A stretch of 62,529 nucleotides of DNA from Deltaproteobacteria bacterium (GTDB lineage Bacteria; Desulfobacterota; Dissulfuribacteria; Dissulfuribacterales; UBA3076), in the NCBI GenBank assembly GCA_003194495.1, contig PQXE01000001.1, forward strand, positions 79,248 through 141,776, written 5' to 3'. Numbering within the stretch: position 1 is the first letter of the stretch; each line of letters starts with the position of its first letter. Made by a program: the position numbers and the translations under genes. The notes beneath the pieces were generated by a model. That model worked only from the letters and a program-made list of their open reading frames with translations. It had not been told where the DNA came from and ran no database searches. Of the stretch, positions 49,863 through 59,824 are shown piece by piece.

Positions 49863-50957
49863 ATGGAATTTATACCCAAATGGCTGGCATGGGAAATAAC
49901 CAGACGCTGTAACCTTCACTGTGTACATTGTCGATCTTCATCAGAGCTGGAAGCAAAAGAGCATCCTGACTTTTCCACCTCAGAGGCCTTCAGGGTCCTG
50001 GATGATATAGCAAGCTATGCCAAGCCGGTGGTAGTCCTCTCAGGCGGAGAACCGCTGTTGAGACAAGACGTGTTTGACATTGCCCGGTATGGCACAAAAA
50101 AGGCCCTGAGGATGTGCCTTGCCACCAACGGCACCTTTGTAACCCCGGAGGTCTGCACCAAGATCAAGGATTCCGGCATATGCATGGTCTCTCTCAGTCT
50201 TGACGGAGCCACGGCCGGGGTCCATGACGATTTCCGCCAACAGCCGGGCGCCTTTGAATACGCCATCAATGCCGCCAGGCTTTTCAGGGAGCATGGCATA
50301 AGCTTTCTGATCAATTCTTCCTTTACTCGCAGGAACCAGGACGAAATTCCCAAAGTTTACAAATTGGCCAAGCAGATAGGGGCTACTGCGTGGTATATGT
50401 TCATGATTGTCCCAACCGGGCGGGGAAAGGAAATCATGGAAGAGCTTATCTCCCCTGAAGACTATGAGACCCTGCTCAACTGGCATTACGAGATGGAAAA
50501 GAAAGAAAAAGATATTCTTGTCAGGCCTACCTGCGCGCCGCATTACTACCGGATTCGTCTCCAAAAGGCCAAGGAACAGGGCGAAAGGGTAGAGCACAGG
50601 AGCCTTAAATTTTCCACCGGCGGTTCCAAGGGCTGCCTGGCAGGTCAGTTGATTTCACTTATCGACGTAGACGGAAACGTGCTTCCTTGCAGTTACTTCC
50701 CTTTACCGGCGGGAAATATCAAAGAACACTCTTTCAAGGAGATTTGGGAAGAGAGCACTCTTTTCAAGGAACTAAGAGATTTTTCTTCCTACAAGGGACG
50801 TTGCGGCGCATGTGAGTATATCCGGGTTTGCGGAGGATGCAGGGCCAGGGCCCTTGCAGTCCACGGTGATTATCTTGCTGAAGAGCCTTTCTGTAACTAC
50901 GTGCCGAGAAAAATGAGAAAGAAGGCTTCTGCAGTTACAGGAGGACAGGATGAATGA
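49863..50957 (+). CDS. radical SAM/SPASM enzyme, AhbD/NirJ-like (candidate Fe-coproporphyrin decarboxylase)
   Basis: CNLHCVHC radical-SAM motif and a C-terminal Cys-rich SPASM region ([17 protein letters not shown]). Translationally coupled to hemE by an 8-nt overlap. Confidence 0.6.
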   Translation: MEFIPKWLAWEITRRCNLHCVHCRSSSELEAKEHPDFSTSEAFRVLDDIASYAKPVVVLSGGEPLLRQDVFDIARYGTKKALRMCLATNGTFVTPEVCTKIKDSGICMVSLSLDGATAGVHDDFRQQPGAFEYAINAARLFREHGISFLINSSFTRRNQDEIPKVYKLAKQIGATAWYMFMIVPTGRGKEIMEELISPEDYETLLNWHYEMEKKEKDILVRPTCAPHYYRIRLQKAKEQGERVEHRSLKFSTGGSKGCLAGQLISLIDVDGNVLPCSYFPLPAGNIKEHSFKEIWEESTLFKELRDFSSYKGRCGACEYIRVCGGCRARALAVHGDYLAEEPFCNYVPRKMRKKASAVTGGQDE

Positions 50958-51975
50958 AGGCTTTCTAAGGGCCTGTAATGGCGAGGCCGTCAGGCCGGTG
51001 CCTATCTGGCTTATGAGGCAGGCCGGGAGATACCTCCCTGCCTACCAGGAGATCAGAAAAAAAACAGACTTTCTCACCCTCTGTAAGACCCCGGAGCTTG
51101 CGGCAGAAGTTACTATCCAGCCGGTTGATATCCTGGGGGTTGACGCAGCCATACTCTTTTCCGATATACTGATCCCCCTTGAGTGTATGGGAATAGGGCT
51201 TGATTTCCACGAGGGAAAGGGGCCTGTCCTGAATCCTCCGGTAAGGACCGGGCAGGACCTTGAAAGGCTTCATCCTATAGATCCGGATACCGATGTGTCA
51301 TTCGTACTTGAGACCATCAGGATCTTGAGGAAAGAACTTAGCGGCAAGGTCCCGTTGATAGGTTTTTCAGGGGCGCCCTTTACCCTTGCGACTTATATGA
51401 TAGAAGGAGGTACCTCCAAGAGCTTTGTAAATACAAAGAGGATGCTGTTTGAGTCTCCGCATCTATTTTCACGCCTCATGGATCTCCTGACCGGAGTGGT
51501 CCTTTCTTACATCAAGGCCCAGATCAAGGCAGGGGCCCAGGCCATACAGGTATTTGATACCTGGGCGGGGACACTGACCAGAGAGGATTACAAAAGACAC
51601 GCCCTCCCATATGTAACCCGCATCTTTAAAGGACTTGAGGGCTCAGGAGTGCCTTTTATCTACTTTGTCTATGACGGAGGACATGTCCTTGAAATCATAC
51701 GTGATTCAGGTGCCGAAGTCATAGGGCTGGACTGGCGTACGGACATCAAAACCGCCATATCAAGACTTGGACCCGATGCTGTAGTTCAAGGAAATCTGGA
51801 CCCATCTACCCTGTTTCTTCCTGAGCATGAGCTAAGGTCCAGGGTGGATTCCGTATTGCGCCAAGGACGTGAAGCCAAGGCCCATATCTTTAATCTGGGG
51901 CATGGTATCCTACCTGAAATACCTCCTGAGAAGGCAAGGCTTCTGGTAGAACTGGTCCACGAGTTGTCTTCCTGA
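50950..51975 (+). CDS. hemE: uroporphyrinogen decarboxylase
   Basis: [19 protein letters not shown] motif ([15 protein letters not shown]); 341 aa. Confidence 0.93.
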   Translation: MNEGFLRACNGEAVRPVPIWLMRQAGRYLPAYQEIRKKTDFLTLCKTPELAAEVTIQPVDILGVDAAILFSDILIPLECMGIGLDFHEGKGPVLNPPVRTGQDLERLHPIDPDTDVSFVLETIRILRKELSGKVPLIGFSGAPFTLATYMIEGGTSKSFVNTKRMLFESPHLFSRLMDLLTGVVLSYIKAQIKAGAQAIQVFDTWAGTLTREDYKRHALPYVTRIFKGLEGSGVPFIYFVYDGGHVLEIIRDSGAEVIGLDWRTDIKTAISRLGPDAVVQGNLDPSTLFLPEHELRSRVDSVLRQGREAKAHIFNLGHGILPEIPPEKARLLVELVHELSS

Positions 51976-52937
51976 TGATAGGTATAGTTTTTCTTAACAT
52001 GGGAGGGCCTGATTCCCTGGCTACGGTGAGGCCCTTTCTTTATAACCTCTTTTCAGACCGGGAAATTATTCAACTGGGCCCGCGATTTTTGCAGCCCCTT
52101 ATTGCATGGGCAATATCCATGCGGCGGGCCCCGAAGAGCCGGGCTGCATATGCAAAGATCGGGGGCATGAGTCCGCTTGCCGCAACAACCAGAGTACAGG
52201 CCAAGGCTGTTGAACAATTGCTTAATAATAAACTGAGGGAAAAGGTGTTTTGCCTTGCAGGAATGAGGTACTGGAACCCCCGGACCCCGGATGTCTTACA
52301 TAATATGCAAGACAGGGGTATCTCTAAGATACTGGGGCTTTCTCTTTATCCACACTATAGCAGGGCCACAAGCGGTTCTTCCATAGGGGAATTTAAAAGA
52401 TGCGCAGGAAAGCTTGGGCTTGAGACCCATGTCATTGACAGTTTCCCGGATCATCCGGGCTATGTCGCGGCCCTGGCGGATATTGTGCAAGAGGGTCTGA
52501 AAAAGGTAAAAGACAAAAAGAATTTCGTCCTGGTGTACAGCGCCCACAGCCTGCCAAAAAGCATGGTAGAGGAAGGTGACCCCTATGTGGAGCATCTTTA
52601 CCGTACTATTATGGCCCTTGAGGAACTGACCGGTATTAAGGGCCATCTGTGCTATCAAAGCAGGAGCGGTCCTGTGGAATGGCTTGAGCCCGGGACCGAT
52701 GTTTTGTTGAGCGAGCTTGCGGAAAAGGGTTTTCATAACCTTTTGGTCCTTCCTATAAGTTTTGTGTCGGATCATGTGGAGACTCTTTATGAGATAGACA
52801 TGCTTTACGCAGAGATGATGGCCGAAAAGGGAGTAAACCTTGTCCGAACGCCATCCCTTAATGACAGGCCTTTGTTTATCAGTGCGCTTTCCAATCTGGT
52901 GGAACAGGGTCTTAAGAAGGCAGGATGGCTAGAATAA
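51975..52937 (+). CDS. hemH: ferrochelatase (proto- or coproporphyrin type)
   Basis: LNMGGPDS, YSAHSLP and VSDHVETLYE motifs. ATGA overlap with hemE. Confidence 0.92.
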   Translation: MIGIVFLNMGGPDSLATVRPFLYNLFSDREIIQLGPRFLQPLIAWAISMRRAPKSRAAYAKIGGMSPLAATTRVQAKAVEQLLNNKLREKVFCLAGMRYWNPRTPDVLHNMQDRGISKILGLSLYPHYSRATSGSSIGEFKRCAGKLGLETHVIDSFPDHPGYVAALADIVQEGLKKVKDKKNFVLVYSAHSLPKSMVEEGDPYVEHLYRTIMALEELTGIKGHLCYQSRSGPVEWLEPGTDVLLSELAEKGFHNLLVLPISFVSDHVETLYEIDMLYAEMMAEKGVNLVRTPSLNDRPLFISALSNLVEQGLKKAGWLE

Positions 52938-54286
52938 TAATAGCTGGAGGCGGATTGTCAGGTCTATCCCTTGCCTGGTTCCTCAAGGAACTCAGGCCTG
53001 GCTGGGAAGTCCTGGTGCTTGAGGCGGATGCCAGGGCCGGGGGCAAGGCGTGGACCATAAAAGAAGATGGCTTTGTGTGCGAAAAGGGCGTAAACGGCGT
53101 CCTTGACAACAAGCCTTCAACTATTGCCCTTGCCGCCAGGCTCGGACTTGATCCCATGAGGAGCAATGACGCCGCCAGGCGCCGTTTTGTGATAAAGAAC
53201 GGGCATTTGGTTCAACTCCCTGTATCACCCGCGCAGTTCTTAAGCTCGAAATTACTCTCTCTGCCCGGACGATTGAGGGTCCTGGCCGAGGCCCTTGTGT
53301 CAAAAGGTGATCTCTCCAAGGACGAATCCCTGGCTGATTTTGCGAAAAGGCGCCTTGGTAAGGAGGCCTTTAAATATCTCATAGATCCCATGGCTACTGG
53401 GATTTATGCCGGAGACCCGGAACGACTGTCTCTCCGGAGCTGTTTTCCCAGGATCCACGAACTTGAGCGTGACTACGGCAGCTTGATCAGGGCAATGATC
53501 AAGCTACAGAGAGATGCAAGGAAAAAGGGTAAAAAGGGGCCGGGTGCCGGTCCCGGCGGTGTCCTTACTTCCTTTGCTACAGGCATGAATGAGCTTGTAG
53601 ATGCCCTTGTCCGGGCATTGGGTCCTGCGGTACGGCTAAACTCTTCCGTAGCTTCGATTTCAAGGCAGAATACCGGCTGGCGTGTCTTTTTAAAAGACGG
53701 GGAGGAGTTTGATGCCGGCCATGTGGTGCTGGCATGTCCTGTTAAGGCGGTTTCTGAAGCCCTTAAAGAAACCGCCCCGGACATTGTAAAACTTGCAGTG
53801 AAAATAAATTATCCCCCTGTGAGTATCGTGTGCATGGGCATTAAGCAGGGGACCACTGAGAATCCCATGAATGGATTCGGGTTTCTTGCACCTGGCAGTG
53901 AGAGGCGCTCGATCCTTGGGTCTCTCTGGGATTCATCCATTTTTCCCAACAGGGCCCCCGAAGGTTATCAACTGATAAGGACCCTGGTAGGTGGCGCAAG
54001 GGCCCCGGACCTGGCCGGACTCCCTGACTCATCTCTCCTGGACCTGGTCGTAAAGGAATTTTCAGAGCTTGTCGGGTTAAAGGGTACCCCGGAGTTTGTG
54101 AAGATTTTCCGGTGGGAGGAGGCCATTCCACAGTACGAGAAGGGACACCAGGCCCTTGCTTCTGAAATCGATTCCACCCTGAAGTCTTATCCCGGTCTCT
54201 ATATCAGGTGTAATTGGCTTGGGGGTGTGAGTCTCAATGATTCTATCGCAAATTCAGAAAGGCTTGCTAGACAGCTCGCAAGCTGA
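52925..54286 (+). CDS. hemY: FAD-dependent protoporphyrinogen/coproporphyrinogen oxidase (HemY type)
   Basis: IIIAGGGLSGLSLA dinucleotide fold and a HemY-like C-terminus (GLYIRCNWLGGVSLNDSI). Confidence 0.88.
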   Translation: MARIIIAGGGLSGLSLAWFLKELRPGWEVLVLEADARAGGKAWTIKEDGFVCEKGVNGVLDNKPSTIALAARLGLDPMRSNDAARRRFVIKNGHLVQLPVSPAQFLSSKLLSLPGRLRVLAEALVSKGDLSKDESLADFAKRRLGKEAFKYLIDPMATGIYAGDPERLSLRSCFPRIHELERDYGSLIRAMIKLQRDARKKGKKGPGAGPGGVLTSFATGMNELVDALVRALGPAVRLNSSVASISRQNTGWRVFLKDGEEFDAGHVVLACPVKAVSEALKETAPDIVKLAVKINYPPVSIVCMGIKQGTTENPMNGFGFLAPGSERRSILGSLWDSSIFPNRAPEGYQLIRTLVGGARAPDLAGLPDSSLLDLVVKEFSELVGLKGTPEFVKIFRWEEAIPQYEKGHQALASEIDSTLKSYPGLYIRCNWLGGVSLNDSIANSERLARQLAS

Positions 54287-54521
54287 TTGAAAATTTAACC
54301 TATTGAGAGGTTACGGTTTTATGTCCTTTTTGCGCCCTTCAACATGGGAGATATCCCCTTCACCAGGCTGCGCCTTTGTTTCGTGGCCACAATGACAAAC
54401 GGCTGGATTGTCGAGATTAATATTATTGATCTTGATCAAAAAATGGGTATTCTATAGATGTATCATTAAATTGACCGGTTCTGTTTGATCCGGTATAAAC
54501 CGGCGAAACGGAAGGGGCTTT

Positions 54522-55937
54522 ATGGGCAAGGAACGTGTATTAATAGCAAACCGCGGAGAGATCGCCATCCGTATTATTCAGGCATGCAGGGACCTTGGTC
54601 TGGATTACGTGGTCCTATATACAAAGGAGGACGAATTCTCATTGCACGTTCGAATCGCGCAGCAGGAAGAAAGCGGTTTTAAGAAGGCTTATCGCGTAGC
54701 TAACTACAAGGACCCCAATGAAATTTTCTCCGTGGCGGATGAGTCTGAATGTACTGCTATTCATCCCGGGTACGGTTTTTTTTCCGAGAATTACGGTTTT
54801 GCCAGAAGGGCCGCCATGAGGACCAGGCCCTTGACTTTTATAGGCCCTAAATGGGATGTCATAAGGGATCTTGGTAGTAAGATAAACACCAAGCGTCTGG
54901 CAAAGGACCTCAAGGTGCCGGTGATTCCAGGGTCTGATGGATCGATCTATAATGAATTGGAGGCTGAAGGAGTGGCGGAGGATCTTTTTTTTCTCCAGAA
55001 AGAACAGGGCATTCATCATCCATCTATTCTGGTAAAGGCCTCTGCCGGTGGTGGAGGTATGGGTATTGAAGAGGTCAGTCACCTTGATGCCTTCAGGAGA
55101 ACCTACCGGCGGATACAAAACTATGCCAAGCGACAGTTCGGGGATGAGGGAGTCCTGATTGAACAGTGTCTAAGAGATTATCAGCACCTTGAAGTTCAGC
55201 TTTTGTGCAGTTCCCATGGTGAGGTGGTGCACTTCGGGACCAGAAACTGCACTATACAGAGTGCAGGCAGGCAAAAGAGGGTAGAAGTGGCCCCTGGCTT
55301 TGATCCTGCTGTATGTGAGTATCCTTTTGATGCAAGAGCGGTCCTGGACCGGATCGTGAAGTATTCCGTACGTCTGGCAAAACACGCGGGTTATGACAAT
55401 ATAGGGACATGGGAGTGGATAGTATCCAGAGATGGCAGTCCCTACCTTATGGAGGTTAATACCCGCATACAGGTTGAAAACGAGATTTCAGCATGTATTT
55501 CAAGGCTAAACAAGAGTAATGAGCCTCCGAATTTGATCAGGGACCAGATAAGAGTGGCCCTTGGAGATAGACTGGGTTTTACTCAAAAAGATATATCCTT
55601 TAAAGGGACCAGTATAGAGATGAGGATTGTTGCTGAAGATACCAAAAGAGGTTTTGCGCCATGGTGTGGTACCATCACACGCTTTGATTATCCGGACGAG
55701 CCCTGGGCGAGGCTTTATTCTCATGTGCCCAGAGATACGCCCTACAAGATCCCTACAGAGTATGATCCCAACTTTGCTCTTGCTATTATCTGGGGCCGGG
55801 ATACGGAACAGGCCAAGGAAAGGGCCAGGCAGTTTCGGAATAGGACTATTATAGAAGGTAAAGGGGCCAAAGACGAAAGTATTATCACTAATCTGGAATA
55901 CCTCAATGATCGGATTGATGACGTGCTTCAATTTTAA
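54522..55937 (+). CDS. accC: biotin carboxylase (ATP-grasp), divergent AccC-like
   Basis: VLIANRGEIAIRII, KASAGGGGMGI and EVNTRIQVE motifs. Confidence 0.85.
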   Translation: MGKERVLIANRGEIAIRIIQACRDLGLDYVVLYTKEDEFSLHVRIAQQEESGFKKAYRVANYKDPNEIFSVADESECTAIHPGYGFFSENYGFARRAAMRTRPLTFIGPKWDVIRDLGSKINTKRLAKDLKVPVIPGSDGSIYNELEAEGVAEDLFFLQKEQGIHHPSILVKASAGGGGMGIEEVSHLDAFRRTYRRIQNYAKRQFGDEGVLIEQCLRDYQHLEVQLLCSSHGEVVHFGTRNCTIQSAGRQKRVEVAPGFDPAVCEYPFDARAVLDRIVKYSVRLAKHAGYDNIGTWEWIVSRDGSPYLMEVNTRIQVENEISACISRLNKSNEPPNLIRDQIRVALGDRLGFTQKDISFKGTSIEMRIVAEDTKRGFAPWCGTITRFDYPDEPWARLYSHVPRDTPYKIPTEYDPNFALAIIWGRDTEQAKERARQFRNRTIIEGKGAKDESIITNLEYLNDRIDDVLQF

Positions 55938-55954
55938 TTACCGACAATACATGA

Positions 55955-58237
55955 ATGCGCACAGACCAGGTACATATGGCGGATAGCGGCAAGTTATTGA
56001 GTCAACTCGCTGATCGGATCTCATATCTTATTGATATCAAGGGCAACAGTGAGTATGGCAATATCGGTGATCTTCTTAGACAAATCCAAGGGCTTCGTCA
56101 GTCTCTTTTTGAGATAAAAGAGGCGGATCTTTTTGAGGAAATCGACCGGATCGAGGACAGGGTCTCCTTTCTTGAGGATAGAGTTTCTGAGAAGCTCAGT
56201 CCTGCGGAAATTGTGAATATCGTCCGGAGCCCCCAGCGTTTTACCCTTATGGATGTCCTGGAGAATGTGTACGACTCCTATACCGAGTTGGGCGGGGAGG
56301 GAGACTGTAATATTGATCCTGCGATAATAGTCGCCAGGGCTACCATATCGAGGAGAGTAAAGAACAAGCTCTATAGCCATCAAGTCATGGTCATAGGTCA
56401 TGAAAAGGGTAGAGGAGAGGAATACAGAAACGGAGGATGTGCCAGGCCCTGGGGAAATGATAAGGCCCTGAGGTATATGATGGTAGCTGAAACCGAAGGC
56501 ATTCCCATACATTTCTATATTTTTACCCCCGGGTCCTATCCCATTGAAGATTACCCCGGAGCTGCGCAGCAGATAGCCCGCAATCTATACGTAATGGCAA
56601 AGTTAAAGGTCCCCATGGTATCTTTTATCTCTGAAGGTGGCTCCGGTGGCGCTGAGGCAATAGGGGTTTCAGGCCTCAGGCTCATGAGTTCAAGGGGCTA
56701 TTACTCGGTCATTTCTCCTGAAGGCGCGGCTGCAATAGAAGGAAAGATAAGAGAGGGCGAAAAGGTTCCTAGAGAGCTTGTGGAATACTGCGCCGCTCAG
56801 TTAAAGATAACTGCTGAGAACAACCTGAAACTCGGAACTGTTGATCGTATTATAGAGGAGCCCCTTCTTGGAGCCAAGCGGGATGATTTCCCCTTTTTCC
56901 GCAGACTTCGCTATGAGATGCTTCGTGCTACCGACGAAGTAGTATTGAAAACCAAGAACTTTCGGGCCTTTCGGGCCTATGCCTTGAAAAGGCGGGAAGA
57001 GGAGGGGAAGGAGATCCCGGAGGACTTTGATCTATTCATCAGCTGGAATCTCACAGACCTTGAGATAGAACGACTTCTTGAATTCAGGCTCAAGAAGTAT
57101 ATGGAGTTGGGCAAGGGGTATTTTCTCGAGGACAGAAATGTTTTAACCGAGGGGATCAGGAAGACAAAGATCTTTGCCAGCAAGACATACTATGATCTAA
57201 GGTATGGCCTTCTGCGGCCGCACCACCGAAACGTTCAGAAAGTGATAGAAGAGGTCTCAAGTGAAGGTTCAGTGTTTCTCCGAAAGGTCACTGAGCCCGT
57301 AAGGGCGGCCTATGACTTTGTTTTTCCTCAGCCGGAGCGCCCGGGTAAGGTCGTACATTCCGAGGGGCCTGATGAGCGCAAATCGATTTTTGCAGAAGAG
57401 TGGGAGTCTTACGTCAGCCCGCTTGCCAACGAAGACTGTACTGTTACCTGTCCCAATGCCGCAAAATATGGATGTCTGGACTTGTGGGTTCCTGACCTCT
57501 ATGGGGAATTCTGCGGAGTGTGTCCCAACTGCGGCCACCATTTTCCACTTGAGTATCAGTGGTATCTTGAGAATCTTTTTGATAAAAATTCAGTCCATGA
57601 ATTTAACGATCATATAGCCTCATGCAATCCACTTGGTTTTCAGGGTTATAATGCCCGTCTTAAGAAAGACATCAAGCATACCGGTCGCAATTCCAGCATG
57701 ATAACCTTTGATGCCGAAGTGTGGGGGCTAAGGCTTGTAGTGGCCATGCTCTTCAGCAACTTCAGGGGCGGGACGGTTGGAGTTGCCGAGGGAGAGAAGT
57801 TCGTAAGGGCATGCGATGTGGCCGGTACTACCCGAAGGCCCCTTTTGGCTTATATACACAGCACCGGCGGGATCCGTATTCATGAAGGGACACTTGGTGT
57901 GGTTCAGATGCCTAAATGTACCCTTGCAGTGAGGGAATATAATGACAACGGTGGTCTTTATATAGTTGTCTATGACAACAATTCTTATGCCGGTCCTGTA
58001 GCGAGTTTTTTGGGGTGTTCACTCTATCAGTTCGGAATGCGTTCTTCGAGAATCGGCTTTGCCGGCCCAAGGGTCATAAGGGAGACCACCGGTCAGGACG
58101 TTCCCCCTGATTATCACAGCGCCAAGAATGCCCTCAAACGGGGCCACATTCAGGGAATTTGGGACAGACGCGAGTTTAAAAAAAATCTCCACGATGCTTT
58201 GACGACATTGGGGGGCCCTAACCTTTATTATAAATGA
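55955..58237 (+). CDS. fused carboxyltransferase, AccA-like N-terminal half plus AccD-like C-terminal half
   Basis: The N-terminal half is AccA-like (VIGHEKGR, ISEGGSGGAEAIG, VISPEGAAAI). The C-terminal half has the AccD zinc ribbon (CPNAAKYGC...CPNCGHHF) and FAGPRVI. Confidence 0.85.
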   Translation: MRTDQVHMADSGKLLSQLADRISYLIDIKGNSEYGNIGDLLRQIQGLRQSLFEIKEADLFEEIDRIEDRVSFLEDRVSEKLSPAEIVNIVRSPQRFTLMDVLENVYDSYTELGGEGDCNIDPAIIVARATISRRVKNKLYSHQVMVIGHEKGRGEEYRNGGCARPWGNDKALRYMMVAETEGIPIHFYIFTPGSYPIEDYPGAAQQIARNLYVMAKLKVPMVSFISEGGSGGAEAIGVSGLRLMSSRGYYSVISPEGAAAIEGKIREGEKVPRELVEYCAAQLKITAENNLKLGTVDRIIEEPLLGAKRDDFPFFRRLRYEMLRATDEVVLKTKNFRAFRAYALKRREEEGKEIPEDFDLFISWNLTDLEIERLLEFRLKKYMELGKGYFLEDRNVLTEGIRKTKIFASKTYYDLRYGLLRPHHRNVQKVIEEVSSEGSVFLRKVTEPVRAAYDFVFPQPERPGKVVHSEGPDERKSIFAEEWESYVSPLANEDCTVTCPNAAKYGCLDLWVPDLYGEFCGVCPNCGHHFPLEYQWYLENLFDKNSVHEFNDHIASCNPLGFQGYNARLKKDIKHTGRNSSMITFDAEVWGLRLVVAMLFSNFRGGTVGVAEGEKFVRACDVAGTTRRPLLAYIHSTGGIRIHEGTLGVVQMPKCTLAVREYNDNGGLYIVVYDNNSYAGPVASFLGCSLYQFGMRSSRIGFAGPRVIRETTGQDVPPDYHSAKNALKRGHIQGIWDRREFKKNLHDALTTLGGPNLYYK

Positions 58238-58253
58238 GCTTTTTGCAAAATTT

Positions 58254-58898
58254 ATGGATATCAATCTAAACGACCTATTAAGGCGCTATCGTTCTCATCC
58301 CTTTGAGGACTATCCTGTAGTGACACCCCATACAGGGGTCGTATTCCTTAAGGTGAAGGAAGGCCAGACAGTCAAAGGGCCTGGTGGCGAATGGCTCCAT
58401 CGACCCGGGACCCTGTTATATGTCATTGAGAGGGAACGGAACGTGAAGAGGATGACCGCCCTCTGGAGTGGACAGGTCAGTGGAATTCGTCTTGATATCG
58501 AGGGTCAATTTGTAGAAGCAGGTGAACTGCTTTTTTCTATCCGGCACCAACTGGATAAGGAAGAAATTATTGATCGCATTCTGACCCAGGTTCTCTACAT
58601 CCTTCCTGCCCCCCAGCGGGCCAGGTACTTCCTCGCACCTGAGATTTCAGCAAAGCTGGAACAGAAGCCCAAAGAGGGCGTATCCGTGGAATCCGGGGAT
58701 GATGTGTTGATCATGTCCCTGATGAAAAGGGACACTGTTATCAGCTATGAAGGCGTCCCGGGGGCACTTTACAAGGTCTGTTTCAAATCAGGGGATACGG
58801 TGGAACAGGGATCTCCTCTCTTAGGGATCTGTTCTCCTGATAAGCTCCGGTATGTGCAGAAAGTGATCCAGAGGATCCGCACGGAGTGGGAGAAGTAG
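58254..58898 (+). CDS. protein with two tandem biotinyl/lipoyl-like domains (BCCP-like carrier)
   Basis: The C-terminal domain VSVESGDDVLIMSLMKRDTVISYEGVPGALYKVCFKSGDTVEQGSPLLGI aligns to the BCCP EAMKM region. The N-terminal domain has NVKRM at the equivalent position. Confidence 0.6.
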   Translation: MDINLNDLLRRYRSHPFEDYPVVTPHTGVVFLKVKEGQTVKGPGGEWLHRPGTLLYVIERERNVKRMTALWSGQVSGIRLDIEGQFVEAGELLFSIRHQLDKEEIIDRILTQVLYILPAPQRARYFLAPEISAKLEQKPKEGVSVESGDDVLIMSLMKRDTVISYEGVPGALYKVCFKSGDTVEQGSPLLGICSPDKLRYVQKVIQRIRTEWEK

Positions 58899-59659
58899 GA
58901 GTCGCCGGTATTAAAAGTATCCTGTTTGCCCTTCAATTTCTAACCATAATTCCCCTGGCTCCCGGTTTGTCATTTAAAGACTCGGAGTTGAGGGCATCCC
59001 TTGCATTCTTCCCGTCGGTCGGCCTATTACTCGGTTGCCTGCTTGAAGGTTTTGACAGCACAGCAAGGAACCTATGGTCTCCATCTGTTGTGGGCGTAAT
59101 GGATGTGGCCTTGCTGGCCTTTCTTACCAGGGGATTGCACCTGGATGGACTGGCTGATACGTCTGACGCCTTAGGAAGCGGGGCAGGGCCGGAAAAGGCA
59201 TTGAGTATCATGAGGGACAGCCACAGCGGGGCATTGGGAATCCTGGTCCTTATACTCGTATTATTACTTAAGTCATCAGCCCTTGTAGTATTGTCCGGCA
59301 GGGGGGCCTGGGAGGTAATGTTGCTGTGTCCCTGTCTGTCCCGTTGGGCTTTGAATGTTATGGCGTCATCGTCAATCTACGCCCGGCCTGAAGGGGGCCT
59401 TGGCAAGGCCTTTGTGGGGTCTGGTACCAGGTGGACCCTGGCCCTGGCCGGTCCGACGGCCCTTGGTGCTGCGTGGTTTATCCGGGGACTATGGGGCATC
59501 TGCTTTTTTGCCGGGGTAGTAGTCTGGAGTCTGCTGGTATCTTTATGGTTTAAAAAAAGGCTTGGAGGTGTCACAGGGGATGTGATGGGAGCCCATCTGG
59601 AAATATCCGAGACCTTGTTGTTCCTCGGTGCAGCAGCGATTTACGGAATTAATTTCTGA
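58886..59659 (+). CDS. cobS: adenosylcobinamide-GDP ribazoletransferase
   Basis: GTG start. LQFLTIIPL, HLDGLADTSD and GGVTGDVMGA motifs. Polytopic. Confidence 0.88.
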   Translation: MGEVGVAGIKSILFALQFLTIIPLAPGLSFKDSELRASLAFFPSVGLLLGCLLEGFDSTARNLWSPSVVGVMDVALLAFLTRGLHLDGLADTSDALGSGAGPEKALSIMRDSHSGALGILVLILVLLLKSSALVVLSGRGAWEVMLLCPCLSRWALNVMASSSIYARPEGGLGKAFVGSGTRWTLALAGPTALGAAWFIRGLWGICFFAGVVVWSLLVSLWFKKRLGGVTGDVMGAHLEISETLLFLGAAAIYGINF

Positions 59660-59824
59660 TTTCAAACGTTCATGACGGGGTCTTTCGTCACCCCAACGCA
59701 TGAAAATATCAGCCACCCGCTCGCTACACTCGCTCGACACACACGGACGAACACAGACAAAAGACCTTATCCGCTGGTGTGTTCACCAGCGGATAAATTG
59801 TCTGTGTGTGTCTGTGGCTAATAA

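Noticed and set aside
52346-52354. Perfect DnaA box TTATCCACA.
   Set aside because: It is a single isolated occurrence inside the hemH coding sequence, consistent with chance, and is not part of any box cluster.
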